Assembly (NCBI GenBank): GCA_963674595.2
Contig: CAXXFV010000017.1
Coordinates: 1 to 64,000, forward strand
DNA length: 64,000 bases
Direction: 5' to 3'
DNA from: a bacterium
GTDB lineage: Bacteria > Zhuqueibacterota > Zhuqueibacteria > Residuimicrobiales > Krinioviventaceae
Part shown: positions 21,758-32,277 of the stretch, piece after piece
Layout: every line of letters starts with the position of its first letter
How positions within the stretch are numbered: the first letter of the stretch is position 1
Made by a program: the position numbers and the translations under genes
Notes under the pieces: generated by a model
The model's input: only the letters and a program-made list of their open reading frames with translations
What the model was told of the DNA's origin: nothing
Database searches by the model: none

Positions 21758-23002
21758 GTGAGGTCCGAGGGTGGTGTGACGACGACAAAAACGCTGGCCG
21801 GATTGACGCAGGTGTTGAGCGACGGCGACAACGTCTACCTGTACGGCCTGGGGCGGATCGGGGAAGAAGCGAATGAGGCCTGGGCCTACCATTTACCGGA
21901 TGCGCTGGGTTCGGTGCGCCAACTGGCGGACGCCAGTGCGACCGTGCTGCTGGCTCAGACCTACGAGCCTTACGGCGACCTGTTGGTCAGCTATGGTTTG
22001 GCAGGCAGCAGCTACGGCTACACCGGCGAGTGGACCGATGGCACCGGCCTGGTTCACCTGCGTGCTCGCTACCTGGATACCGGCATTGGGCGCTTCCTGA
22101 CGAGGGATACCTGGGGTGGTGTTTTTAACTATCCAATGAGTATGAATCGGTGGATTTATTCATTAGACAATCCAATAATAATTACTGATTCGAGTGGGAA
22201 TGCACCAAGTTTAGCGGCAATTGAATCTGGAAAACACATATACTCATGTAATTGTGGTTGGATTGATTTTTCTCATGCGGATACGGCACTCCCTGGAAAT
22301 ATAATTAAATTATTACAGTATGGTGAAAATGATAAAATTCCAGGAAATTTTGGATATGGGAAATTAAACCAAAATGTATACTCAATCACTGCAAAAGCAA
22401 CTATTATGTTTAATTTAGAACCATCCATCCATGTTCTTGTACGTAAAGGAGGAGTGGAAGGTGAAAAATTGGAGCAGATAGCTTTGGGTATATATCAAGC
22501 TCTTCAGGAACGAGTTGAAAAAATTGAATTATTCCCCTCTACGCATTATTCATTGGAAGATTTGACTTCAGATGAGATTGGTTTTTATTTATATCTCCAC
22601 ATGAGAAATTTGTATGGCCACCAAAGTGCTGTAAATACTGATCCTAGAAACGATAATGCAGAAGGTGTAGAAGCATGGAAATGGTTGGCATCAATTTGTG
22701 GTTTTCCAAACGATAAAGAAAAGGCAAAAGAACAATCAATAGAAATTTTTAATAAATATGGCTGGTCGAAGGCTGAGTGGTTTTTAAGTCCTCCTCGAGT
22801 AAAAGAATGGGGATCACCAATGTTTTGTGAATATGATGATGAATATTGTTCTAAGAATAAATGGCCTTCCGAATTTACAAGGATAAAACCTATTGAATCA
22901 AGTCGAGGGAATTATTAGTGGGAATATAATCCACATGTGGATGGTATAAGAGTTCCTACTGGGAAAGATAATTATTACTATCTTTTGGATAATTTATTTT
23001 AG
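21758..23002 (+). pseudogene. Orphan Rhs core plus C-terminal toxin CT1; in-frame TAG at 22916-22918, frame stays open to 23002
   Basis: YGYTGEWTDGTGLVHLRARY.D..IGRFLTRD and NP...TDSSG; sharp GC drop at about 22140; tip motifs YSCNCGWIDFSHA and YSLEDLTSDEIGFY. Confidence 0.85.
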
Positions 23003-23028
23003 GTTGTTTGTTGAAAAAAGGAGAATCA

Positions 23029-23661
23029 ATGATTAATACTAATAAATCAATAAAAAATGGAAAAAGTATTAATTCTAACTCCAATAAATTTCGTAAAACA
23101 TTGTATTACTTGATGATAATAATGGGGGTAATATTTTTTTGCTTAATTAGTAAAAAACTATTATTAAAGGTTTTATTTATTGATCTTTCGCTTGAACCTA
23201 TTCAGCAGTTTCAAGTTAAACAAGATTGGGATTATGAAAGCTACGCTATTCAAAGACACCCTTACGGTATTCCTCCATTTTCCCGAGAATACTATATAGT
23301 TCGAAAAACAACATTAGTCTTTTCTAGTGAAAAATATGGGAATATATCTCAAAATTCAATAATATCATATTATAGTAATAAATTAAATAATATTGGATGG
23401 GAACGATATCACAATAGCGGTATTTGTCATCTTTATTTGGCGGAAGCGAATTTCCTTGAATCAGGAGATGAGGGGTATATTGCCTTTAGACGAAGGAGTT
23501 ATAGAGAATATCCAGGATTTGAAGAGGGTGATACTGTTTGTTTAGCAGTGTGGCCATCAACTTGGCAGGATGAGGGAACTCCAGCAACTTATAGATTGGT
23601 TTTATTAACAGTTAAACCATCATTACTCACATTAGTAGGTGCCATGCTTCAATTGAATTAG
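23029..23661 (+). CDS. Putative immunity protein for CT1, N-terminal TM anchor
   Basis: Directly downstream of the toxin tip, same low GC, RBS AAGGAG, hydrophobic LYYLMIIMGVIFFCLI. Confidence 0.6.
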   Translation: MINTNKSIKNGKSINSNSNKFRKTLYYLMIIMGVIFFCLISKKLLLKVLFIDLSLEPIQQFQVKQDWDYESYAIQRHPYGIPPFSREYYIVRKTTLVFSSEKYGNISQNSIISYYSNKLNNIGWERYHNSGICHLYLAEANFLESGDEGYIAFRRRSYREYPGFEEGDTVCLAVWPSTWQDEGTPATYRLVLLTVKPSLLTLVGAMLQLN

Positions 23662-23753
23662 TTTCATCAGATATCATTTTTAGATAGCGAAAATTATAAT
23701 ATTCAGATTGTTTTTCCCCTGATAAAAGATTATTTTTTTCAGGGAAAATATCA

Positions 23754-25214
23754 TTGACCTATACCTGCTCGGATTGGGATGAGCAGGGGCAGGCCTGCAA
23801 CGGTGATGAGTTCATCTATACTTACGACACGGTGGGCAACCTGCTCAGCGACGGCAGCAGCACCTACACCTACGATGCCGCCAACCGCCTCAAGACCGCG
23901 ACGGTAAACAGCGTGGTGTATACGTACGCCTACAACGGCTTGGGCGACCGCCTGCAGCAGATGGTGGGTGAGGTATACACCACCTACACGCTGGACCTGA
24001 ACGCCGGACTGACGCAGGTGCTGAGTGGCGGCGACAACGCCCACCTGTATGGCTTGGGGCGGATTCACGAAGAAGCTTCCAATACCTGGGCCTACCACAT
24101 CCCGGATGCGCTGGGCTCCGTGCGCCAACTGGCGGACGCCGGCGCCAACGTGCTGCTGGCCCAGACCTACGAGCCATACGGCGACCTGCTGGTCAGTTAT
24201 GGTCTGGCAGGCAGCATCTACGGCTACACCGGTGAGTGGACCGACGCCACCGGCCTGGTGCACCTGCGGGCGCGCTACCTGGATACCGGTATTGGACGAT
24301 TCCTGACAAAGGATACATGGGGTGGGGACTACAACCAGCCGATGAGTTTGAACAAGTGGATGTATGTAAATGGAAATTCGATTATATATTTAGATCCAAG
24401 TGGTAATACACCAGTAACTATTAATAAGGTATTATTGCATCAAGAAGAATTTAAAGAAAATGAGGGATTTATATTAGCTTTTAATTTACACCCGACTACA
24501 GTTGCTGCTGGTATCGCTGTTCAGACCAGAATTCCTGACCGATTATATGACGAGAGTCAACTAAAAAAGGATCCAAAAACTAGCGAATTGGGAATTGGTC
24601 CATCGGCAACAAATAAATATCTTGTATACGGTAAAGGAGGTTATATTGAAAAAGTTGGTAAAAGAATAGCAAGCGAAGAAGCAAAGAAGTATTTATATGA
24701 ATGTTTCCCTAAAGAAAAAGATATTGACCTTTTTAATTGGGATCATGCAATTAAAGCTATGACGCTTAAAATGGCAGCTTCAACTTTATATTGTCCTAAA
24801 TGTGATGAAAGAGATAAATTGATTATTGCTGGAATGGCGCAAAATAAGGCTCTGGAATGGGAAAAATCATACTCGCAATTATATAAAAAGCGAAAAACTG
24901 TTGGGTATCATATTGACTGGGAGAAGTTTTTTAGTGAATTTAGTAAACCAGAATGGGATGCTTCAAGAGGCTTTCCACAATCCAGAGATGATTGGGTAGA
25001 TTGGACACTATACCAACAGGCAAAACAATTTGGTGGAGATTGGAATTTTCGATATATGACGCATCGATTTGCAGGGAATATGATTGCTTTAATTAAATAT
25101 AAACCTTCAGAGGCTCGATTTCCATAAATGTGGGAGTTTGGATTACCAACAGGTATTTCACTTAATGATCTTTACGATATTCAATATCTGGCGAAAAATG
25201 GAAAAGAGAGATAA
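23754..25214 (+). pseudogene. Orphan Rhs core plus C-terminal toxin CT2; TAA at 25125-25127, frame stays open to 25214
   Basis: YD repeats (YTYDTVGNL, YTYDAANRL), Rhs core and YLDPSG cleavage motif; low-GC tip. Confidence 0.87.
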
Positions 25215-25261
25215 TTTTCAAAAGTGAAAGAGAATTGAATTAAACCATTTTAGGATAGAAT

Positions 25262-26041
25262 ATGAAAAGTATTAAATATCAAAAGATATTAATAATTAGT
25301 TTATTATTTTTTTTCCTTCAAAATTGTTCTTCCCAGCCAATGTTTTCTAAATGGGAGATTCATTTTTATGATGAAGAAGAATTTACATTTGATCCTGAAA
25401 AGGTTGTTCGCGCAATAAATAATGATGATTATGACCAGTTATCTTTTGAAAAACTTTCCCCATTAAATAATGAGGAGTTTCCATTAAAAAATAATATTTT
25501 ATGGAATCAAGATGATTATTTAAAAGTTAGCCAAGCGTTTTATAACCAATATACTGATTATAATTTGGGGGATTGGATCTTATATGAAATAAGATTTGAT
25601 ACTTGGTGTGAAAAATCTCAAGATCAAACCAATAATGAATTGTTTCAGTATCCTTGGGGATTTGCAACTATTGATTTTTATAAAGAAGCCATGAATTTCG
25701 ACAATGATGTACCCTATAGATATGTTAATAATTTGTATTTAGATCTAAATTCGGGGTATTTAATAATATCTAAAGAAATTCACACTCCTTTACCACGAGA
25801 AAAGGGAATAAAATTGCCAAAATGGGGACAATTGAATTTATTAGAGTTAAAAATAAAAGCAGAAGACGCATTAAGAATTGTACAAAATGAAATTGGCGGA
25901 AATTTCTCTAGTTGTTCGATAACAATATCTAATAGTACAGCAGATGAATTTGATGGTTGGAAAATAAATTATCTTGCGAGTGGAAAAAATTACCAATATG
26001 TAATTAATGATCAAACGGGAAAAATCGAAGTAATCAAATAA
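25262..26041 (+). CDS. Putative lipoprotein immunity protein for CT2 with a PepSY-like C-terminus
   Basis: Signal peptide ending FFLQNC; IKAEDALRIV...WKINY...YVINDQTGKI resembles PepSY. Confidence 0.6.
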   Translation: MKSIKYQKILIISLLFFFLQNCSSQPMFSKWEIHFYDEEEFTFDPEKVVRAINNDDYDQLSFEKLSPLNNEEFPLKNNILWNQDDYLKVSQAFYNQYTDYNLGDWILYEIRFDTWCEKSQDQTNNELFQYPWGFATIDFYKEAMNFDNDVPYRYVNNLYLDLNSGYLIISKEIHTPLPREKGIKLPKWGQLNLLELKIKAEDALRIVQNEIGGNFSSCSITISNSTADEFDGWKINYLASGKNYQYVINDQTGKIEVIK

Positions 26042-26236
26042 TAGTGAATAATAATTTTTCAAAGATATCAAAGATATTGATAACAATACTTTCCTTGATT
26101 GCTTTCATGCAAATTAGTGCTGATACATTCGTTTCACCAACTGTTTTCTCTAAATTTTATAGTATCCAAAATAAAATAAATTTATACTACATCACATTCA
26201 ATTCAAACAAACAATCCTTAATGATAGTACCATTTT

Positions 26237-26426
26237 CACCTACGACGCCGCCAACCGGCTGGCAACGGTGGATGGGCAGCCCTACACCTGGGACGCCAAC
26301 GGCAACCTGCTCAGCGACGGCAGCAGCACCTACACCTACGACGCCGCCAACCGCCTCAAGACCGCGACGGTAAACAGCGTGGTGTATACGTACGCCTACA
26401 ACGGCTTGGGCGACCGCCTGCAGCAG
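26237..26426 (+). pseudogene. Rhs/YD fragment cut off at the junction
   Basis: TYDAANRLATVDGQPYTWDANGNLLSDG; 26301-26426 matches 23835-23960 at 125/126 bp. Confidence 0.88.
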
Positions 26427-26427
26427 T

Positions 26428-26940
26428 ATTGAAGAGGAAGAAGAAGAGTTTGACGATCCGCGCCAGGAACTGGTTTACCGGCTGCTGGAATATAAACGCT
26501 TCAAAGATGTTGCCGAAGATTTGGGCGAGCGGGAAGTTGATGCCAGAAATATTTATCCGCGCGGCACCATAGAAATTTCCGGAAACGGATTTGATCAGGA
26601 ATTACTTGATAATACGGATGTTACCCTGTTTGATCTGGTTGCTTCTTTTAAAAAGATTTTGGACCGGAACAAAAAGGTAACCATTCACCGTGTTGTGGAT
26701 ATAAGTGTTACACTGGAAGAGAGGCTGCAATTTGTCAGAGTAAAACTGACCGAACAGAATGAAATGCTCTTTGCCGAGCTTTTTGCTATTGAGGATGACA
26801 AAGTCGTTCTTATTGTAACATTTATCGCTATTTTGGAATTAATTCGTGACCGGTTCCTGCAAGCTAATCAGTCAGAAACTTTTGGTGATATAACATTATT
26901 GAAACTGGATGAACAAAGAAAACCTGAAACAAGTGATTGA
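26428..26940 (+). CDS. scpA: Segregation/condensation protein A, C-terminal part only
   Basis: EEEEEFDDPRQELVYRLLEYKRFK...IVTFIAILELIR...QSETFGDI; 5' half absent. Confidence 0.88.
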   Translation: MEEEEEEFDDPRQELVYRLLEYKRFKDVAEDLGEREVDARNIYPRGTIEISGNGFDQELLDNTDVTLFDLVASFKKILDRNKKVTIHRVVDISVTLEERLQFVRVKLTEQNEMLFAELFAIEDDKVVLIVTFIAILELIRDRFLQANQSETFGDITLLKLDEQRKPETSD

Positions 26941-27715
26941 GGCACTCGTTTTTGCCTCTGACTCACCCGTGAGTCTGAAACAACTTTTGTCTTATATCGG
27001 CGACGAAACGCTGAAAAACGAAGACATTAAAGAAGCTGTTGATGTTTTAAACAAAGAACTGGAAGGGCGCGCTTATTATATTCGCAAAGTAAGCGGCGGC
27101 TACCAATTTGCCACACGGCCCGAGTTTTCTCAATGGCTGCACACCATGTATGAAAGCAAGGCCCAGAGCAAAATGACCCGTGCCGCTTTGGAAACCCTGG
27201 CTATTATTGCTTTTAAACAGCCCATCAGTCGTGTGGAAGTTTCTGCAATCCGTGGTGTAAACTCGGACCATATTGTAAAAAAACTGCTGGAAAGAAATTT
27301 AATCACCATTACCGGACGCGATAAAGGCGCCGGGCGTGCCCTGTTGTTTGTAACAACGCCGCAATTTTTACAATATTTTAATTTAAATGATATTTCAGAT
27401 TTACCGCGTCCTAAAGAAATTGAAGAAATGCTTGCCGATGGAGAAGGCGGAAAGCTGTTAAAAGAGATACCCGATTCCGACCTTCAGGAAGAGGAAGAAA
27501 CCCAGGAACCGCAGCAAGATGAAAAAAAAGCTGAAGGAGCGGAACCTGAAGATAAAAACAAAAATAATGCTGAACCGGCCAAAGATACTGATGACAATAA
27601 AGAGAGTAAACCTGACACACAGGACGATACGAACGAGCAGGATGATAACAGTCAGGAGATAGAACAGGCTGCTTCGGATGTACAAACAGAGGAACAAAAA
27701 AGTGCGTCTGAATAA
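26909..27715 (+). CDS. scpB: SMC-Scp complex subunit ScpB
   Basis: IEALVFAS, ALETLAIIAFKQP.SR.EVSAIRGV and TTPQFLQYF; acidic tail. Confidence 0.95.
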   Translation: MNKENLKQVIEALVFASDSPVSLKQLLSYIGDETLKNEDIKEAVDVLNKELEGRAYYIRKVSGGYQFATRPEFSQWLHTMYESKAQSKMTRAALETLAIIAFKQPISRVEVSAIRGVNSDHIVKKLLERNLITITGRDKGAGRALLFVTTPQFLQYFNLNDISDLPRPKEIEEMLADGEGGKLLKEIPDSDLQEEEETQEPQQDEKKAEGAEPEDKNKNNAEPAKDTDDNKESKPDTQDDTNEQDDNSQEIEQAASDVQTEEQKSASE

Positions 27716-28418
27716 ATATTTAGCCGGCTGTGGTTTAGGCTCCAGACGGAATGTAGAACAATATATCATTGACGGCAAAGTTACTGTAAACGGCAAAAGA
27801 GTTACGGAACTGGCCACAGATATTAATGAACACAAAGACATGGTCCGGTATAACGGACGTGTTGTTCAGGTGCGTATTAAAAAGATATATATTATTTTAA
27901 ATAAACCCCGAGGCATTGTTACCACCGTGAATGATGACAGGGACCGAAAAACAGTTATGGACCTTGTTAAAATCCATCACCGAATTTTCCCTGTAGGCCG
28001 CCTGGACCTGAAAAGCGAAGGCTTATTGTTAATGACCAACGACGGAGAGCTTGCCAACAGGTTGACACACCCCAGCTACAAAGTTGCAAAAACCTATCGT
28101 GTGCGTTTAACAACGCCTTTTAAACCGGACGATTTTGATGCAATATTTGAAGGCATTGAGCTGGAAGACGGCATGACCGCCCCGGCCAAAGCCAAATATT
28201 ATACAGATGCTGTGGACCGTTTGGAAATCACCATTAAAGAAGGCCGTAACAGGCAAATCCGTCGCATGATGGAAGCCCTGGGCTATGAGGTGAAAAATTT
28301 AAAAAGAGTTAAATTCGGACCCCTGGTGATAGGCAAGCTGGGACGCGGTGAATGGCGTCATCTGACGCCTGTAGAGGTCAAGTCTCTGAAAACAGCGGCG
28401 AAACTATATAAATCGTAA
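27702..28418 (+). CDS. rluB: 23S rRNA pseudouridine synthase (RluB/RsuA family)
   Basis: S4 domain RLNKYLA..G.GSRR; VGRLD catalytic motif; EGRNRQIRRM; GTG start at 27702 likely. Confidence 0.88.
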   Translation: MRLNKYLAGCGLGSRRNVEQYIIDGKVTVNGKRVTELATDINEHKDMVRYNGRVVQVRIKKIYIILNKPRGIVTTVNDDRDRKTVMDLVKIHHRIFPVGRLDLKSEGLLLMTNDGELANRLTHPSYKVAKTYRVRLTTPFKPDDFDAIFEGIELEDGMTAPAKAKYYTDAVDRLEITIKEGRNRQIRRMMEALGYEVKNLKRVKFGPLVIGKLGRGEWRHLTPVEVKSLKTAAKLYKS

Positions 28419-28473
28419 AAAAAGCTTTGAAACTTGTTAATTTATTATTAATTTGAAAATTAAAACGAATAAA

Positions 28474-29147
28474 ATGATAATAGCCATTGATGGGCCGGCA
28501 GGATCCGGCAAAAGTTCAACCGCCAAAGCTGTCGCAAAATCATTAGGTTATCTTCATCTCGATTCCGGCGCCATGTATCGCGCCGTCACTTTGGACGTAC
28601 TTGAAAAAGGTATCGATCCTTCAAGTGAAAAAGTAGTACAAATTTGTCAAAACGCGTCGATCCAACTGGTTGAAAAAAACGGTAGTCTAGCAGTTTTTTT
28701 GAACGACCGTGATGTTTCTGAAGCCATTCGGACCCCTCAGGTAACCAGGGCTATTGCACCTGTTGCTGCCAATCCGGCTGTAAGAAAAATTCTTGTTGAC
28801 AAACAGCGCGAAATGGGAAAAAAACGGCGGGCATTGTTGCCGACGGCAGAGATATAGGGACCGTTGTTTTTCCAAATGCTGATTTGAAAATTTTTATGGA
28901 TGCATCAATAGAAGCACGGGCAAAACGTCGCCAGGATGAGTTGAAACAAAGCGGTGTTTCTGTTGCAATCGACGAATTGATTGATGATATAAAACAGCGT
29001 GACAAAACAGATACGGAACGGTCTGCCAGTCCGCTGTTAAAAGCTAAAGACGCAATTGTCATAGACACGTCTGAACTGGAATTTGACGAGCAGGTAAATA
29101 TAATTTTGGAAAAGGTTAAAGAACAAAGGCATGAACATAATAATTGA
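28474..29147 (+). CDS. cmk: Cytidylate kinase (frameshift near 28825)
   Basis: IAIDGPAGSGKS, LDSGAMYRA, DGRDIGTVVFP and RDKTD..R..SPL. Confidence 0.93.
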
Positions 29148-29995
29148 TCCTCATGCCGGTGTTTGTCCAGGCGTACAAAGGGCCATAAAACTTGCAGATT
29201 CATGGCTGGACGATGGTAAATCAATGCTTTCTCTTGGTGAAATTATTCATAATAAAAGAGAAGTAGAACGGTTGTTTAACAGAGGTTTAAAAACCTTAGC
29301 ACAGGAAGAATTTTTTAACGATAAAAGTGCTGTCCGCCCGAACCAAACCATACTAGTCCGATCGCACGGACTTTCCCGGAAAAAATTTAAAGAACTGCAA
29401 GATAATGGCTTTGACATTATCGACGCCACCTGCAGCCGTGTTAAAAAAGTGCAAATGATAATTGCCAGGTTTTATGAAAAAGGTTATCAAATTGTCATTT
29501 TCGGAAAGAAGCAGCATCCGGAGGTGAAAGGCTTGTTGGGCTATAGCAATGATCAGGGAATTGTGATTTCCGGTGAAAAGGATTTTTCAGCAATAGATTT
29601 TACAAAAAAAAACATTGTTAACAAGCCAAACAACCAGTGATGAAGAAGCGTTTTTGAATATTGCAGCAAAATTATCTGTTTTAATTAAAGATTTAAAAAT
29701 TGAAAACACAATTTGCAAACAGATAAGAAACAGAAAGAAACATCTTTTAAAATTTGCATCTGACGTTGATGTTGTTTTGTTCGTAGGAGGGAAGCACAGC
29801 AGCAACACAGGTGTTTTATATAAAATCAGTCAGACTGTTAATCCAAAAACTTTTTGGATAGAAAATGAAACCGAAATTGATCCTGACTGGTTTAAATCCT
29901 GTCATACCATCGGTATTTCCGGCAGCGCCTCAACGCCTCTTTGGCAGCTATCAGGTATACAGGATTATTTAGAGAATCTGGCCCTTAAGGGCTGA
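29131..29995 (+). CDS. ispH: 4-hydroxy-3-methylbut-2-enyl diphosphate reductase (frameshift in A-run near 29605)
   Basis: AGVCPGV, IIHN, RSHG, DATC, HPEV, TIC, SSNT and ASTP. Confidence 0.93.
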
Positions 29996-30026
29996 CAATA
30001 AATAACTAAGGAGGTATAACTAAATC

Positions 30027-32137
30027 ATGGACCAACAAACGAACCCTAAACCACTTGAGGAAGAAGCATCTGATAACATTCAGCAGGATCAGAATGTTTC
30101 CGAAGCAAGTGCAAACACTGAAGAAACAGTAAACGCTGCTGAAGAACCGGTAGAAGCTGCCACTGAAGAATCTGTAAAAGCCGCTACTGAAGAACCGGCA
30201 GTTGAACCAATCGCTGAAGAAACAACAACAGAAAGCACACCGGCAGAGGCCCCAAAAGCTGCTAACGGCCCGGTTTACAAAACCATGGAAGAACTGGACC
30301 TTTTGGAAAAAGAATACTCTGATGCCGAGTTTGAAACGCTTTCAAAACTTTATGAAGACACCCTGGTAGATTTTAAACCCGGTCAGGTTGTTATGGGTAA
30401 AATTCTTTCTGTTAATGATAAAGAAGTATCCATCGATATCGGTTTTAAATCTGAAGGACAGTCGTGCCTTTGGATGAATTTGGAGATCCGTCTGATGTTG
30501 TCGTTGGTGATGACATTGAAGTTCTCATTGACGAAATTGAAGATACGGACGGTTTTTTGGTGCTTTCCAAGAAAAAAGCCGATTTTATGAGAATTTGGGA
30601 GCAAGTTATCAATTCATTTGAAAGAGGCGATATTCTCAAAGGTAAATGCCAACGTCGTATTAAAGGCGGTATTGTTGTTGATCTCGGTGGTGTTGATGCC
30701 TTTTTGCCTGGTTCCCAAATTGATGTACGTCCTATTCGCGATTTTGATGCTCTTATTAACAAAGAAATGGAATTCAAGATCGTTAAAGTTAACCACTTGA
30801 GAAAGAATATAGTTGTCTCTCACAGAGTCCTTGTTGAAGAGGAAATGAAAGGACAACGACAGAAAATACTTGCTGAACTGGAAAAAGGTCAAATCCTTGA
30901 AGGTACAGTTAAAAATATTACCGATTTTGGTGTCTTTATCGACCTGGGCGGTGTTGACGGATTACTTCATATCAACGACCTTTCGTGGGGCCGTGTTTCT
31001 CATCCGTCAGAAGTTGTTGCTCTTGATGAAAAAATCAAAATTGTTATTCTCGACTATAATGATGATAAAGATCGTATTTCACTCGGTCTTAAACAATTAC
31101 AACCGCATCCGTGGGACAATGTTGAAGAAAAATACCCGGTTGAATCTGTTGTCCGTGGTAAAGTCGTCAGCATTTCTGACTATGGTGCTTTTGTTGAACT
31201 GGAAAAAGGCGTTGAAGGTTTGATCCACATTTCCGAAATGTCCTGGACCCAGCACATTAAACATCCGTCCAAAATTTTGGCCGTAGGCGAAATGGTTGAA
31301 GCCAAAGTTTTGAACATTCAAAAAGACGAACGAAAAATTTCTCTGGGTCTGAAGCAGCTTGAACCGGATCCATGGGTTACATTGTCCGAACGATATCCGA
31401 TCGGCTCACAGCATCATGGCAAAGTCCGTAACCTGACAAACTTTGGTGCCTTTGTTGAACTGGAAGAAGGTATTGACGGATTGATCCATATTTCTGATCT
31501 GTCCTGGACCAAAAAGATCCGCCACCCCGGAGAAGTTGTTAAAAAAGGTGACGAGATTGAAGTTGTCGTTTTAAACGTAGACCGTGATAACCGACGAATT
31601 TCTCTTGGTTACAAACAAACTCAGGAAAATCCCTGGGATACTTTTGAAGAACGATACCAACCAGGTTTTGAAGTTGAAGGTAAAGTTGTTCGACTGATCG
31701 AAAAAGGTTTGTTGGCTGAGTTACCGGACGGCGTTGACGGCTTTGTGCCAATGTCTCACCTGGTTAAAGACAATCTTTCAAAACCGGCAGACGGTTATGT
31801 AATTGATGATGTTATCAGTTTAACCGTTATCGAGTTTAACAAAGAAAGCAAAAAAATCGTTCTTTCTGAAAAAGGCGCCAAAATTCCTGCAGAACCTGTA
31901 GAAATTGATGACGAAATGCTGGAAGCTGAATTGTCCAAAACTGATGCACCGGCAAAAAAACCGGCAGTTAAAGAAACTCCTGTCGAAGAAACAGTAGAAG
32001 CACCTGCTGAAGAAGCACCGGTTGCAGAAGCTGAAACCGAAGCTCCTGCTGAAGAAGCACCAGCCGCTGAAGCTGAAGCACCTGCAGAAGACGCAAAAGC
32101 TGATGAAGCTGAAACAGAAGACGATAAAAAAGAATAG
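30027..32137 (+). CDS. rpsA: 30S ribosomal protein S1 (frameshift near 30460)
   Basis: Six S1 repeats (FGAFVEL..G..GLIHIS..SW); RBS AAGGAGG; acidic N- and C-terminal extensions. Confidence 0.95.
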
Positions 32138-32169
32138 ATTAGAAATAACATTTCTTTTCGTTTATTATT

Positions 32170-32203
32170 AGAGTTGAGTAGTTACTACTCAACTCTTTTT
32201 TTT
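32170..32203 (+). terminator. Rho-independent terminator after rpsA
   Basis: AGAGTTGAGTAG-TTA-CTACTCAACTCT followed by a T-run. Confidence 0.9.
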
Positions 32204-32277
32204 GATAATTTGTCTTTGAAATTTGATCATAGTGTCTTATTTTAAAATGTAAACATTGTATTTAGTTTGGAGGCACC

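Noticed and set aside
22916-25127. Stop-codon reassignment or read-through code in the Rhs tips
   Set aside because: The two internal stops differ (TAG and TAA), and both codons end neighbouring genes normally.
26044-26373. 109-aa ORF after the second immunity gene
   Set aside because: It fuses AT-rich sequence to an out-of-frame Rhs fragment; at best a remnant.
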